Below the pieces are notes generated by a model. It was not told where the DNA came from, made no database searches, and saw only the letters and a list, made by a program, of their open reading frames with translations. A DNA stretch of 64,000 bases from Albugo candida (lineage: Eukaryota), in the NCBI GenBank assembly GCA_040437565.1, contig JBDOQK010000012.1:372001-436000 (forward strand). The letters are read 5' to 3'. Shown here piece after piece: positions 9,471-20,121 of the stretch; positions within the stretch are counted from its first letter, which is position 1; each line of letters starts with the position of its first letter. Position numbers and translations under genes: made by a program.

Positions 9471-12185
9471 ATGCGAGATCGCAGTAAGACATCCACACGT
9501 CCACGTTTCCAATCGAGATCAGCTTCACGCGATTACCGAAATCGAAGAGGGCGGTCTCAGTCAAAGTACTCCTCCCGAAATCGACGAGATCTATCTAGAA
9601 GTAAATCGAGACCACGAAGAAAGTCGCGACCTCGTTTAAGATCCTCCTCAAGTGATTCTTCTGATCATTCGTACAGAAGGAAAAGTAGAAAAAGGAAGGT
9701 TTTGAGCACATCTCGCTCTCGGACGCGTTCCCGCTCACACCACCGTAACTCCAGGCTCGCTTCTCGCTCCAATTCGCGAAATCGATCACGAAAGAGAACT
9801 AGCTCTAATGGGAGAACGAAAAGAAAATCTGCATCGCCAAAGCGTCATGGGAAAGAAACCGAAAGACGAGCAACTGATAAGATCAATGGAAACGGACGAG
9901 ATGGAAGCCAATCAAATCGATCTTTACATGATGATGCAAGTTTGAAAAAATCAAACACAAGAAAGCGAAGACGATCGTTTTCAACGAGCTCTAGTTCCTC
10001 GGAATCAGACGCTACTTCGACTCCCGTGAAAAAGGATAAAAATACTCGATCTCCGGATAAACAAGATCGTAAATTGGCAGGAGCGAAATTTCCATCGAGA
10101 AATGCATCACCAAGAAAAACAGCTTCTGGTATCAATCAAGCGAAGAATTCAAAAGATGAAAAAGCGGCTAAATCTTCAAATAGACCTAGCCGGCGAGATT
10201 CTTCAGCGTCTTCTGACTCTGATTCATCACAGTCTTCTTCTGAATCTTCGTCATCTTCGTCGCATCCTTCAACTGCGAGAAAGGTGTCCAGGACAAATAA
10301 GGAAGATTCAGGTCGTCACGGTAGAAAAAATGAGCAGAAGGCTGATACAACTAAAAAGGGCAATGACTCAGGGGCATCAGATTCAGCGCAGAACGATTTG
10401 AAAAATGCCAAGCCGGCTAGAGCTTCTAACATTTTTTTAAATGACCCTCGAGCTGGAAGAACGGGAGGTGTATACATCCCACCTTTTAAATTGGCTCAGC
10501 TGCGGCAGGAGCAGCACCCTGACAAGACCTCGCAAGAATACCAGAGAATGACATGGGATGCATTGCGAAAGAGTCTAAATGGCCTGATCAACAAGGTGAA
10601 TGTATCCAATACAGCAAATATTATACCCGAACTCTTTCAGGAGAATCTTGTGCGCGGACGCGGTATCCTGACGCGATCGATCATGAAAGCTCAACTTGCT
10701 TCTCCTGGATTTACGCATATTTATGCAGCACTTGTGGCTGTCTTGAACACGAAAATGCCAGAAAATGGAGAATTACTGATAAAACGTGTTGTGTATCGTT
10801 TTCGACGTTCGTTTCAGCGAGGGGATAAGGTTGTTGCCATCGCATTGGTTCGATTCATCGCTCATCTTGTGAACCAGCAAATTGTCCATGAACTACTAGC
10901 TTTGGAAATTCTAACGCTTTTGCTTGCGTCCCCAACGGATGATTCCGTTGAGGTAGCTGTGAACTTTACCAAAGAATGTGGACAAATACTTGCAGAATTG
11001 TGTCCAGAAGGTCTTCGTGCCATTTTCGAACGCTTCCGTGGCATCCTACATGAAGGAGACATTGACAAACGGGTCCAGTACACGATTGAAGGTTTATTTG
11101 CGATTCGTAAGGGTGGCTTTGCCGACTACCCAGCCGTGCATGAACAGCTCGATCTCGTCGAGAGCGGAGATCAGATTACCCATGAAATTGGTCTGGAAGA
11201 TGAAATCGACCCAGAGGATCGACTTGATGTGTTTCGATTCGATCCGGACTACGAGAAGAACGAAGCTATGTGGACAGAGATCAAAAACGAGATTCTTGGA
11301 GAATCTGATTCAGAGAATGATGAAGCGAGCTCAGGCGACGAAAGCGATCACGCCGGTGAGGCTAACGAGCAAGAACAACAGAATTCTCAGCAAAATGCGA
11401 TCCAGGATTGCACCGAGCAAGATCTAGTGAATTTGCGAAGAACAATATATCTGACGATCATGTCTAGCGTTGGACATGAAGAATGTGCCCACAAGCTGCT
11501 CAAAATTCAAATCCGATCAGGGCAGGAAAAAGAGATTTGTTCGATGTTGATAGAATGCTGCAGTCAGGAGCGCACGTATCTTCGTTATTACGGATTACTT
11601 GGACAACGATTTTGCTTGATAAAGCGCGAGTACCAAGATGCGTTTGATGAATGTTTCATGGAACAATATTCTCTCATTCACCGCCTCGAAACCAACAAAC
11701 TTCGCAATGTTGCTAAATTCTTTGCACATTTGCTATTCACAGATGCATTACCGTGGACGATTTTGGAGTACATCCGGCTAAATGAAGAAGAAACAACTTC
11801 AAGCTCCCGAATTTTCATCAAGATGCTTTGTCAGGAATTGGCAGAGCATATGGGCATGAAAACGCTGAAGGAGCGATTGACGGATGAATACATGCAAGAA
11901 ATATTCGCAGGTTTATTTCCAAAAGATCATCCCCGTAACACGCGTTTCGCAATCAATTTTTTCACTTCCATCGGGCTTGGTGGATTGACCACAGAGCTCC
12001 GAGAGTTTTTGAAAAACGCTCCAAAATTGATTATGAACAACACCTCAAAGAATGAGAGCAGGACTTCCAGTAGTGATGACAGTAGCAGTAGCGGAAGCGA
12101 TACTGACTCCAGTAGTAGTAACAGTGATACCTCCAGCAATTCGGATTCCAGTTCCGATTCCTCCGACAGTAGTGATTCCGATTGA
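9471..12185 (+). CDS. CWC22: Pre-mRNA splicing factor CWC22 (RS-rich N-terminus, MIF4G and MA3/MI domains)
   Basis: GGVYIPPFKL, YQRMTWDALRKSLNGLINKVN, LRRTIYLTIMSS and NTRFAINFFTSIGLGGLT motifs; 904-aa intronless ORF. Confidence 0.97.
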   Translation: MRDRSKTSTRPRFQSRSASRDYRNRRGRSQSKYSSRNRRDLSRSKSRPRRKSRPRLRSSSSDSSDHSYRRKSRKRKVLSTSRSRTRSRSHHRNSRLASRSNSRNRSRKRTSSNGRTKRKSASPKRHGKETERRATDKINGNGRDGSQSNRSLHDDASLKKSNTRKRRRSFSTSSSSSESDATSTPVKKDKNTRSPDKQDRKLAGAKFPSRNASPRKTASGINQAKNSKDEKAAKSSNRPSRRDSSASSDSDSSQSSSESSSSSSHPSTARKVSRTNKEDSGRHGRKNEQKADTTKKGNDSGASDSAQNDLKNAKPARASNIFLNDPRAGRTGGVYIPPFKLAQLRQEQHPDKTSQEYQRMTWDALRKSLNGLINKVNVSNTANIIPELFQENLVRGRGILTRSIMKAQLASPGFTHIYAALVAVLNTKMPENGELLIKRVVYRFRRSFQRGDKVVAIALVRFIAHLVNQQIVHELLALEILTLLLASPTDDSVEVAVNFTKECGQILAELCPEGLRAIFERFRGILHEGDIDKRVQYTIEGLFAIRKGGFADYPAVHEQLDLVESGDQITHEIGLEDEIDPEDRLDVFRFDPDYEKNEAMWTEIKNEILGESDSENDEASSGDESDHAGEANEQEQQNSQQNAIQDCTEQDLVNLRRTIYLTIMSSVGHEECAHKLLKIQIRSGQEKEICSMLIECCSQERTYLRYYGLLGQRFCLIKREYQDAFDECFMEQYSLIHRLETNKLRNVAKFFAHLLFTDALPWTILEYIRLNEEETTSSSRIFIKMLCQELAEHMGMKTLKERLTDEYMQEIFAGLFPKDHPRNTRFAINFFTSIGLGGLTTELREFLKNAPKLIMNNTSKNESRTSSSDDSSSSGSDTDSSSSNSDTSSNSDSSSDSSDSSDSD

Positions 12186-12255
12186 TTCCACCAAATACAA
12201 TACTGCGTTATTTTTAATTCCAGATCGCTTGTATTCGCTCGAACCCAAATACAGC

Positions 12256-14448
12256 ATGGACAAGAATATTGCGGAAGCTGCGGATTTGGAGCGCATTCTG
12301 CAGCAGCAAAATGCTGTTCGAGACGTTCTCATTAAAACACCCGAAGCCCGAGACCCATGGGATATTGATCTTCTCCACGAATTTGTGATGCGCAATAGTA
12401 ATACGTATCGACTGTTTCAAGGAGCACAAGAAATTATCTGCAAGACAATCTGTCGGGAACTCACACTATTGGAGCTTCCAAGGAATGCACTGGTTTGCAA
12501 GCAAGGCGAATTCGGCGATACATTTTATATAATCTTTTCGGGGCGCGTGTCGATCTATGTCGAGACGCGTTGTCGATTATCATGTGATGAAGATGGCACA
12601 TGGCAATCAGGAAATTTTCAGACGTTGGATATTGATGACTCGGCTAGAATGGATGTTTTGTGTAAAAAATTCGGCGCGTGGAAGAACACAATTGAGCGTG
12701 GAGGAACATTCGGTGAGGTTGCAGTCTCCGATCCAACAGCAAAGCGAACTGGTACGGTGATATGTGATACTCCTGTAGCTTTGATTTGCTTGAAACGAGG
12801 TGCATATCAACGTCTTCTCCGTATCACCAACTCATCCGAGCTCAAATTCACTGAGGTTGAGTTCCTGAAAACCTTATTTCTTTTCCGGAATTGGCCGCAC
12901 GCTGGTCTCACGCGCTTGTCACGTCAACTCAAGCGCACAAATTTCCCGGCTGCCACATTTCTCACACGTGTTGGTGCTGAAGCAAGCGTCTTGTACTTTA
13001 TATATGATGGACTTGTTCAAGAATCAGTCCCGGTCGTTCATTATTGCGATGCAAACGGACTGATTAAAAAGTGTATGACGACCGAAGATTACTCGAAGAA
13101 GCAATCGGGGCTACAGGTTCTTCCACATTCGTTGGATATGAGTCGTTATCGCAAAGCCCATTTAGAACTGACTCTCTACCAAGAACACGATATTTGTGCA
13201 GAGCTGCCATTTTACCTCAATAAGACTACACATCAGACCAATTTACTTGCCATGAATCATGTCAAAGCATTGGCAATGGATGTATGTTGCTAGCTGATGC
13301 TTTTTTCACGTTGTTGACAGTTGCATTCACTTTAGCGTCAAACGTGGAAAGAGCTTTTTCAGTTCCGTGGATCCCAATACATTCGCGACGCGTATCAATT
13401 GATTCGATCCCTTGCCGAGACAAGAGAAGATTGGCGGCAAACTCGACTCAAGCTTGCATTAGCCAACCCAAGGCTCACTCTTACCATGTAAGTGACCGTA
13501 TGCAATGTTGATAGAGAATGAGACTATCAGTATCATAGCTCCACAATGGACATGATGCAGGATGGACACTGTGTCTGCGGATGGTGTGGAAGTCAAGATC
13601 ACTCGACGGGAAATTCTCGCTGCATGGTTATGCAGGAGTCAAAGCGTAAGGAAGCTGGTCGAGCCCAAATACAGTACAATAAGTTAATCGAAAATGCTCA
13701 GTTTCAGTCCTCCGTAAATCGATCAGCCTCACTGAGTTTTGCCAAAGGAGCTCAACTAGTGAGCACCTGGATGCGTCTCAATTCGAGGGTGCCATCTACC
13801 CTGGATGACCATACAAGCGATAAACCAAATAGCAATTCCATAACAACTCTTCCAAATGTGACACTCCCATCTCAGCAGCCTCTCATTTATGAACGGAGTA
13901 GTCCTCTGCAAGAAGTGGATCAGAAAAAGCACGATGACACTCTGGCTGAGCTTGAGGCTCTGACAGCGACTTCGAAACCACACTCGACACCATCAAATGA
14001 GAGAAGAATAGTTGATCGATCAGACCAAAATTCGTCTTTATCGACATCTCTCACCGAAGTAGTTGATGCTCAAACGGAGGAGATTCGTGTGGGGACTTTC
14101 ACAGAGGGTATTGCAGCAGAATATCGATCTGTAATGCTTAAAAAAATGAAAAGAGTAACATCTATGGAACAGTATCTCAAAACACGCCGCGATATGCTAG
14201 CCGTGATAAGTCAGAATTCAAATGCGCCAGAATTCGAGCGACGCTTTGAGGCAAAGTTGAAGCTGATGCCAAGCAAACCGAAAATTCCGCGCCAAACTCG
14301 ACGATTTATATCGAAGACGTCGCGGGATCCAGGTCCAAACCGCTTTAATCGAAAGATCAATCGGATGCTTCGTAAAATACAAGGCAATGGTCATGCAGCT
14401 CCCACAATTGAGGAGTCTTTACAAGACATAGCGTCATATTCCGCTTGA
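12256..14448 (+). CDS. Cyclic-nucleotide-binding-domain protein (two cNMP domains, Cys/His knuckle, low-complexity tail); multi-exon
   Basis: VCKQGEFGDTFYIIFSGRVSI and GGTFGEVA...KRTGTV motifs; second degenerate domain (LYFIYDGLV); introns near 13282-13320 and 13488-13538. Confidence 0.8.
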
Positions 14449-14524
14449 CTGCAACGCGTTTGAACCAGTTAACAGTCATACATCATCATAACCAGTTTGT
14501 GCACAGATAGTAATATATGCGAAA

Positions 14525-16161
14525 ATGGCGAACGAATCGCCGATTGCGCTTTATGACGCATTACGACGCACAAAGAGACGAAAACTAGTAGGTAAAGGAC
14601 AATACTACTTTGTTGGTATGGCTGGATATGATGTTTTTGCATACTGTTCTTTAGTTTCACTTTCGTCATCCGAGGAGGACAGTGATGGAGACAAAACGCC
14701 TGTGCCTTCTCGTCGAACACGCAAGCAGGGTTGACATTTTTTTACAGTGGACTAAATGAATTGAGCGAGAAGCCTTAACATTTTCTTACCAGCAGGAAAA
14801 GAGACCGTAGAAAGCTCGAGTAAAGAACACATTCGAGAAACATTTGATCAAGATGATCACTTCTCGAAAGAAATCAATCGGGAATTAGATAACGACATAG
14901 TGCTGCAGAAAACGCGCGCTTTGATAGAGTATATAGTGAAGGGTGGATTGTCGCCGTACTGACTAGGAATGTGCTTGGTCTGTGCTAGTAAGGTTGCATC
15001 CAGTCGAAATGGCCTCAAAAATCGTTTGGATAGTGCTGCGGTTTCTTCGCTTCGCGATGAAATCATAGTGATAGACTTGGCAGATGAAAATGAAAAGCAG
15101 ACAGGTATTCGACATAGCACCAAACATACCAATTCATCCACACGAAGTGCTGCAAGCTCTCTGGATATCACATTGGAAGTTCATTCAAATGAAAATCGAA
15201 TCGATTACGTTACTATTCCAAAGGTGAAATCTGCTGCATACCCGCAGCGTAAATATGTAATCAGTATTTGATAATTGGAAGTAGCTTGCGACATCTTTGA
15301 ATGCTCTGTATGCAACTTATGGTGGCCTCCATGGTCTCTTGGATGAAGAGCTGGAATTCACATTCAAAGGAATAGAGCTTTCTGTTGAACAGTCTCCATC
15401 CATGCTGAACATGAGGTCGGGAGATGTGGTTAAAGCTGTTATTCGAGCAAAACCTTTCAAACAAGGCTCAAATAAACGTCACGTACATCTGTGGGTGTCA
15501 GTAAATGGAGCGAGCGATGAAGAGTTCCACATACAAGCAGTACGCTCCACTCTAAATATTAACAAACTTTACCTTTTCATAGTTATCATCCAACAGGATC
15601 TACCGCTCAAATCGCTGCAAGGAACTATATGCGAGAAACATAACATCCTCAACCGCGAGTCGATAGTAATGGTCATTGACGGTGCCGTTCTGGATATGTC
15701 AGAGTCTGCCGAAGTAAGCATTTTGATAACGATTAAGCACTTCATGATCGTCTTGATTTGGTAGTTTTATGGGCTCATGAATGAAGATCGGATCAATGTG
15801 GTCTTGAAAGATTTCTCGGATCCTCGGGCTGTAACGATACAGTTGCGATTCCAAAATGGCGATATTGAATCTGCATCTATAGTTCCCGTAAGGCTCACAT
15901 TTACCACCTGAAAAGCGCTCTTGTTTGAACGATCAGATGATGTATAGATTAATAAAGTGACAACTTTGATTCAGCAAATTACAAAAAAGAAAAGCTGCAA
16001 GACGACCACTTTTGCATTACGTATCGACGGTGAAACAATGCATGGAGATCGCTGCTTCCTCGTAAGATATCTGCACTATATGTGAGATGAAACAATAACT
16101 ACATTTCTTGTAGGATTATGACATCGAAGGAGGTGAACTAATCGAGGTCTGCACAATTTAA
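14525..16161 (+). CDS. SUMO-like-domain protein (Rad60/Esc2/Nip45-like); multi-exon
   Basis: Basic/acidic N-terminus, SIM-like EIIVIDLADE, three ubiquitin-like C-terminal strand patterns (FTFKG...GDVV, VIDG...EDRI, RIDG...GELIEV) and no terminal diglycine. Confidence 0.65.
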
Positions 16162-17156
16162 TCCAAGAATATCTCATTTATTCGCACTCTCTCTTCCTCT
16201 ATCGAATCGCCATCTACCTTGACGACCAAAGCTCGCGAAGTTGCGCGATACTTTGATCGCAAGCGTGAAGCTAGGTAAACAAGCATGAATGTCGCCAAAT
16301 GACTCAACAATAGCCCCGCATACCACAATGGCGATAGTGGAGTGTCTACTTTCATGAAAGGATACGGCCAGAACTCGTGCTTGATTATTTCGTGCATGAA
16401 CCAAATAAATATTGTATACATTGTCGGCCACAAAAGTAAGAACGGAATGGCGTTCAGCGATATAACATGCTGCGTGCATGTGAAGTCAGCGATGAGCCAT
16501 AAGATATTAACTCCATGTTCAAAAAAGCTGATGATATTTACGACTTTTCCTGCTTTGTGATCTCTCACAGCTTCAGGATACAAGATGCTCCAAACCACCA
16601 CCGCCACCAATATAGATGTCGCAAGGCAAACATCGAAAATGAGTTCGAGCCGCAACCAACTTCGTCTCCATTGTCGGGTTGCCATCATATTATCGCCTAT
16701 GGAGTCAAACGAAGTCTCTGCTCTACCCTCTAGAGCGACATATAGCGCTTCTTCGTGTATCTTGCGTTTCTGGATGAGATCATACGTTCTCCAAGTAGAC
16801 GCGAGAAAGTAGATACTTTGCAGCATCATGTTCCAAGTAGTATACATGACTATACATTTCGCATGGGTTCGTATAATATTGATGAACAGAATGCTAACGA
16901 AAAATGCTGTGCCAAGCACACGAAATGAGAGCAGTTGATGTATTGAACACCATGCGGCCGGGGAATACAATGGAGAATACAAAGCACTATCTTCAAAGTT
17001 TGACAGAACAAGATGATCCTGATTATATTTACGATGTAGCAACCACAATGCTGCTGAAAGAACCAAAAGAAGCTCAAACAGGTCAACATACGTCTCCCAA
17101 GGAACTAATGAGACCGTATTGATATAAGACGTAATGGAGTTCATCGCAAAATGCAC
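16158..17156 (-). CDS. Multi-pass membrane protein, FAR-17a/AIG1 or rolling-stone-like
   Basis: About 7 hydrophobic segments with YTTWN, EHGVN and WPYPF motifs; the true ATG is likely at 17142. Confidence 0.7.
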   Translation of the reverse strand: MHFAMNSITSYINTVSLVPWETYVDLFELLLVLSAALWLLHRKYNQDHLVLSNFEDSALYSPLYSPAAWCSIHQLLSFRVLGTAFFVSILFINIIRTHAKCIVMYTTWNMMLQSIYFLASTWRTYDLIQKRKIHEEALYVALEGRAETSFDSIGDNMMATRQWRRSWLRLELIFDVCLATSILVAVVVWSILYPEAVRDHKAGKVVNIISFFEHGVNILWLIADFTCTQHVISLNAIPFLLLWPTMYTIFIWFMHEIIKHEFWPYPFMKVDTPLSPLWYAGLLLSHLATFMLVYLASRLRSKYRATSRALVVKVDGDSIEEERVRINEIFLD

Positions 17157-17240
17157 AAATTAGAAGTGCCAAAATGACAAGCTGAGATTTTAGAATGTTC
17201 GCATCAGCAGGATATTGTTATTGGACAAAATACCACAGGA

Positions 17241-18551
17241 ATGCGCCGGATTTTAAGCATTGTTTCGGGCGTATTAGTCATGGTAGCGCTTGGTTCCAAT
17301 CACGCGATCTCAGTTTGGAATGCCGATCTGAAGGAAACTTTGCATTATACACAATCACAAATATCTTCGGTATGCGCATTGGCTTCTTTGGGTGTTTATT
17401 TCTCCATCAGTACTGGTTATTTGTTTGATCGAATGGGTGCGCATAAGAGCGTATTATGCAGCGCTTTACTGCTATCTGGATTTTACTTTTTCTTATCGGC
17501 CGAAGTGGCCACGAAAAAGTATATCCCGGCGTCATTTGTCGGCATTTTGTTTGTTTTGATTGGGCAGAGCTCGAATTTTGGTGTGTTTGCATCACTGGCA
17601 TGCAATGAGGGACTTTACGGAAGTGTAAATCGCGGCAAGATAATTTCTCTGCAATTGGCATCATATAGCGCTGGTGCAGCCGTATTTTCGACCATGTACC
17701 GCAAGTATTTTACGCATAATGTGCAACTTTACTTTCGATTTTTAGGGTTTACCATGCTATTCGTGCTGTTGTTGGCATATTTCGCGCTTTATCGCGAGAA
17801 AAACGAAAAGGGAACAGAAAAGTCGTCGCAAAGTACTTTTGGAAACGAAAAGATCGATTCGGTGGACATAAGTGATTTAGCGTTACTCAAAGACTCTAGA
17901 TTCTGGCTTTTGTTCCTCATCGTTCTGGTTTTGGTCGGAGGCTCTTTGTTTGTTATGGCAAACATCTCATTTATTGTCGAATCTTTACAGGGACCAGTTA
18001 ATCAGGTTTCTTACATGGTTGCTATGTTCTCATTAGGAAATTGTGCAGGTCGTATCGTCACTGGAGTTTTGTCAGATCACCTGGTAGCACGGATTCCTCG
18101 AATACATTACATTACATTTGCAGCAGCTTTGACTGCGCTGAACCAGCTTCTTTTTCTCCTTATCTCGCCGAATTGGCTCATTCTACCAATTTCCATCGCA
18201 GGAATATCAGATGGGATGGTCTTTTCGACTTTTCCGGTCTTGGTGCGGGAATGCTTTGGAAGTCGGCATTTCGGGAAGAATTTTGGGTACATTAGCTTGG
18301 CGAATGCAATTGGATTTCCTCTCTTCCTCAGTCCAATAGCTTCGTGGGTGTATAGCCATTATGCAACTATATCTGGTGCGAACAACGTCGAAACATGTGC
18401 TGGATCACACTGCTTCCAAGCAATTTTCTATTTGATAAGTTTTCTGAGCTTGGTGGTGCTTGCAGCCTGCGTGCGATTTGCACAAATCGAATCCGTTACT
18501 GAATCCGTCAAAGTAGGAGATAATGAAATTACTCCTTTACTTCCTGTTTAA
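17241..18551 (+). CDS. Major facilitator superfamily transporter (nodulin-like/Mch1 type)
   Basis: About 12 TM segments; GYLFDRMG and GRIVTGVLSD MFS loop motifs; FGSRHFGKNFG. Confidence 0.9.
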   Translation: MRRILSIVSGVLVMVALGSNHAISVWNADLKETLHYTQSQISSVCALASLGVYFSISTGYLFDRMGAHKSVLCSALLLSGFYFFLSAEVATKKYIPASFVGILFVLIGQSSNFGVFASLACNEGLYGSVNRGKIISLQLASYSAGAAVFSTMYRKYFTHNVQLYFRFLGFTMLFVLLLAYFALYREKNEKGTEKSSQSTFGNEKIDSVDISDLALLKDSRFWLLFLIVLVLVGGSLFVMANISFIVESLQGPVNQVSYMVAMFSLGNCAGRIVTGVLSDHLVARIPRIHYITFAAALTALNQLLFLLISPNWLILPISIAGISDGMVFSTFPVLVRECFGSRHFGKNFGYISLANAIGFPLFLSPIASWVYSHYATISGANNVETCAGSHCFQAIFYLISFLSLVVLAACVRFAQIESVTESVKVGDNEITPLLPV

Positions 18552-18727
18552 TGCGCTGGTCTCTCACCTTTCTCCCATTTTGCAAAGTGTGAATTGCTCA
18601 TGTTCAAAAACAAAAAAAATATGATCGNNNNNNNNNNNNNNNNNNNNNNNNNNNNNNNNNNNNNNNNNNNNNNNNNNNNNNNNNNNNNNNNNNNNNNNNN
18701 NNNNNNNNNNNNNNNNNNNNNNNNNNN

Positions 18728-19266
18728 ACGGATTCCTCGAATACATTACATTACATTTGCAGCAGCTTTGACTGCGCTGAACCAGCTTCTTTTCCTCCTT
18801 ATCTCGCCGAATTGGCTCATTCTACCAATTTCCATCGCAGGAATATCAGATGGGATGGTCTTTTCGACTTTTCCGGTCTTGGTGCGGGAATGCTTTGGAA
18901 GTCGGCATTTCGGGAAGAATTTTGGGTACATTAGCTTGGCGAATGCAATTGGATTTCCTCTCTTCCTCAGTCCAATAGCTTCGTGGGTGTATAGCCATTA
19001 TGCAACTATATCTGGTGCGAACAACGTCGAAACATGTGCTGGATCACACTGCTTCCAAGCAATTTTCTATTTGATAAGTTTTCTGAGCTTGGTGGTGCTT
19101 GCAGCCTGCGTGCGATTTGCACAAATCGAATCCGTTACTGAATCCGTCAAAGTAGGAGATAATGAAATTACTCCTTTACTTCCTGTTTAATGCGCTGGTC
19201 TCTCACCTTTCTCCCATTTTGCAAAGTGTGAATTGCTCATGTTCAAAAACAAAAAAAATATGATCG
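18728..19266 (+). repeat. Second copy of 18089-18627 (MFS 3' end) across a 100-N gap; probable assembly overlap
   Basis: 539-nt direct duplicate abutting the gap, with one visible difference (T18155 vs C18794). Confidence 0.9.
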
Positions 19267-19485
19267 TGTAGACCGATACGAGTAACCTTGGAGGATTTCG
19301 TCTTGTGACAGAGGAGAAGTCAATACGCGGATTAGCTGGAACGATATAGAGGTAAGAAGAGAGTCTGGGCCATGTTCGATGCGATACGGCGACAATATAA
19401 ATGCAAAATATATTCAGAGATTTGAGCAAAATCGACTCGAAGGGTGTTGCGTTTAAGTCGCTTACCGATGATCAGGTGCCGTCTA

Positions 19486-20121
19486 CTAGTGCTGATGAAT
19501 CGGGCAAACATGATCGTCCGCAAGTAGTAAAAGGTTACTGATGTAATCGAGAAGTGATGCATGCTTTTTCCCCATCTCTTTGCGCAAAAGAACCAGTCCT
19601 GGATAGATGATATGCTTCATAATTCTTTTGTGCCACCAACACCATTCAAAAGTTGTGGAAACAGAGAGTTTCATATTGTATGCTCTCTCGAGAGGCTTTT
19701 GTAATAATTTTTCGTTTTCTCTCAGAGCGTCCATACATTTGTATCCCCATTGATTGACAGCGTCTTTGTACTCTTTGTAGTCTCGTGATGCAGCTATATC
19801 CTCATCCTCCTTTAGAATGTTGTCCACAAACGTAGCCAACGCTTCTTTTGTTCGGCGCTGCAAATTATAGACGATATCTCGTAGTGGCAAATACCGTTTA
19901 CGCGACTTGTAATAGCGAATCTTATACTCGAGATACTTTCGCTGATACCAGCGCAGATTACTGAAGCTAAACTCAGTATTTTCGTCAAGTGTTAGCAGAG
20001 AAGGAACTGTAAAAGATGATTCCAAGGCCACGTATGTTGATTCTGGTTCAAGGGCGTATTGGTGGTGTGAAAGAATCGGGGCAATAGCTGATAAGCAAAG
20101 TAACGTGCGTCCTGTAAACAT
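19486..20121 (-). CDS. Small intronless putative secreted protein (211 aa)
   Basis: ATG at 20121 followed by signal-peptide-like MFTGRTLLCLSAIAPILS; helical charged body; no domain I recognise. Confidence 0.6.
   Translation of the reverse strand: MFTGRTLLCLSAIAPILSHHQYALEPESTYVALESSFTVPSLLTLDENTEFSFSNLRWYQRKYLEYKIRYYKSRKRYLPLRDIVYNLQRRTKEALATFVDNILKEDEDIAASRDYKEYKDAVNQWGYKCMDALRENEKLLQKPLERAYNMKLSVSTTFEWCWWHKRIMKHIIYPGLVLLRKEMGKKHASLLDYISNLLLLADDHVCPIHQH

Noticed and set aside
7666-12185. CWC15 and CWC22 proximity, and several DNA-repair genes in the window, as a functional cluster
   Set aside because: Unrelated genes are interleaved; chance is adequate in a gene-dense eukaryotic genome without synteny data.
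12052-12255. N-terminal extension of the 413-aa ORF overlapping the CWC22 3' end
   Set aside because: Alternate-frame read of the Ser/Asp low-complexity tail; ATG 12256 is the more plausible start.
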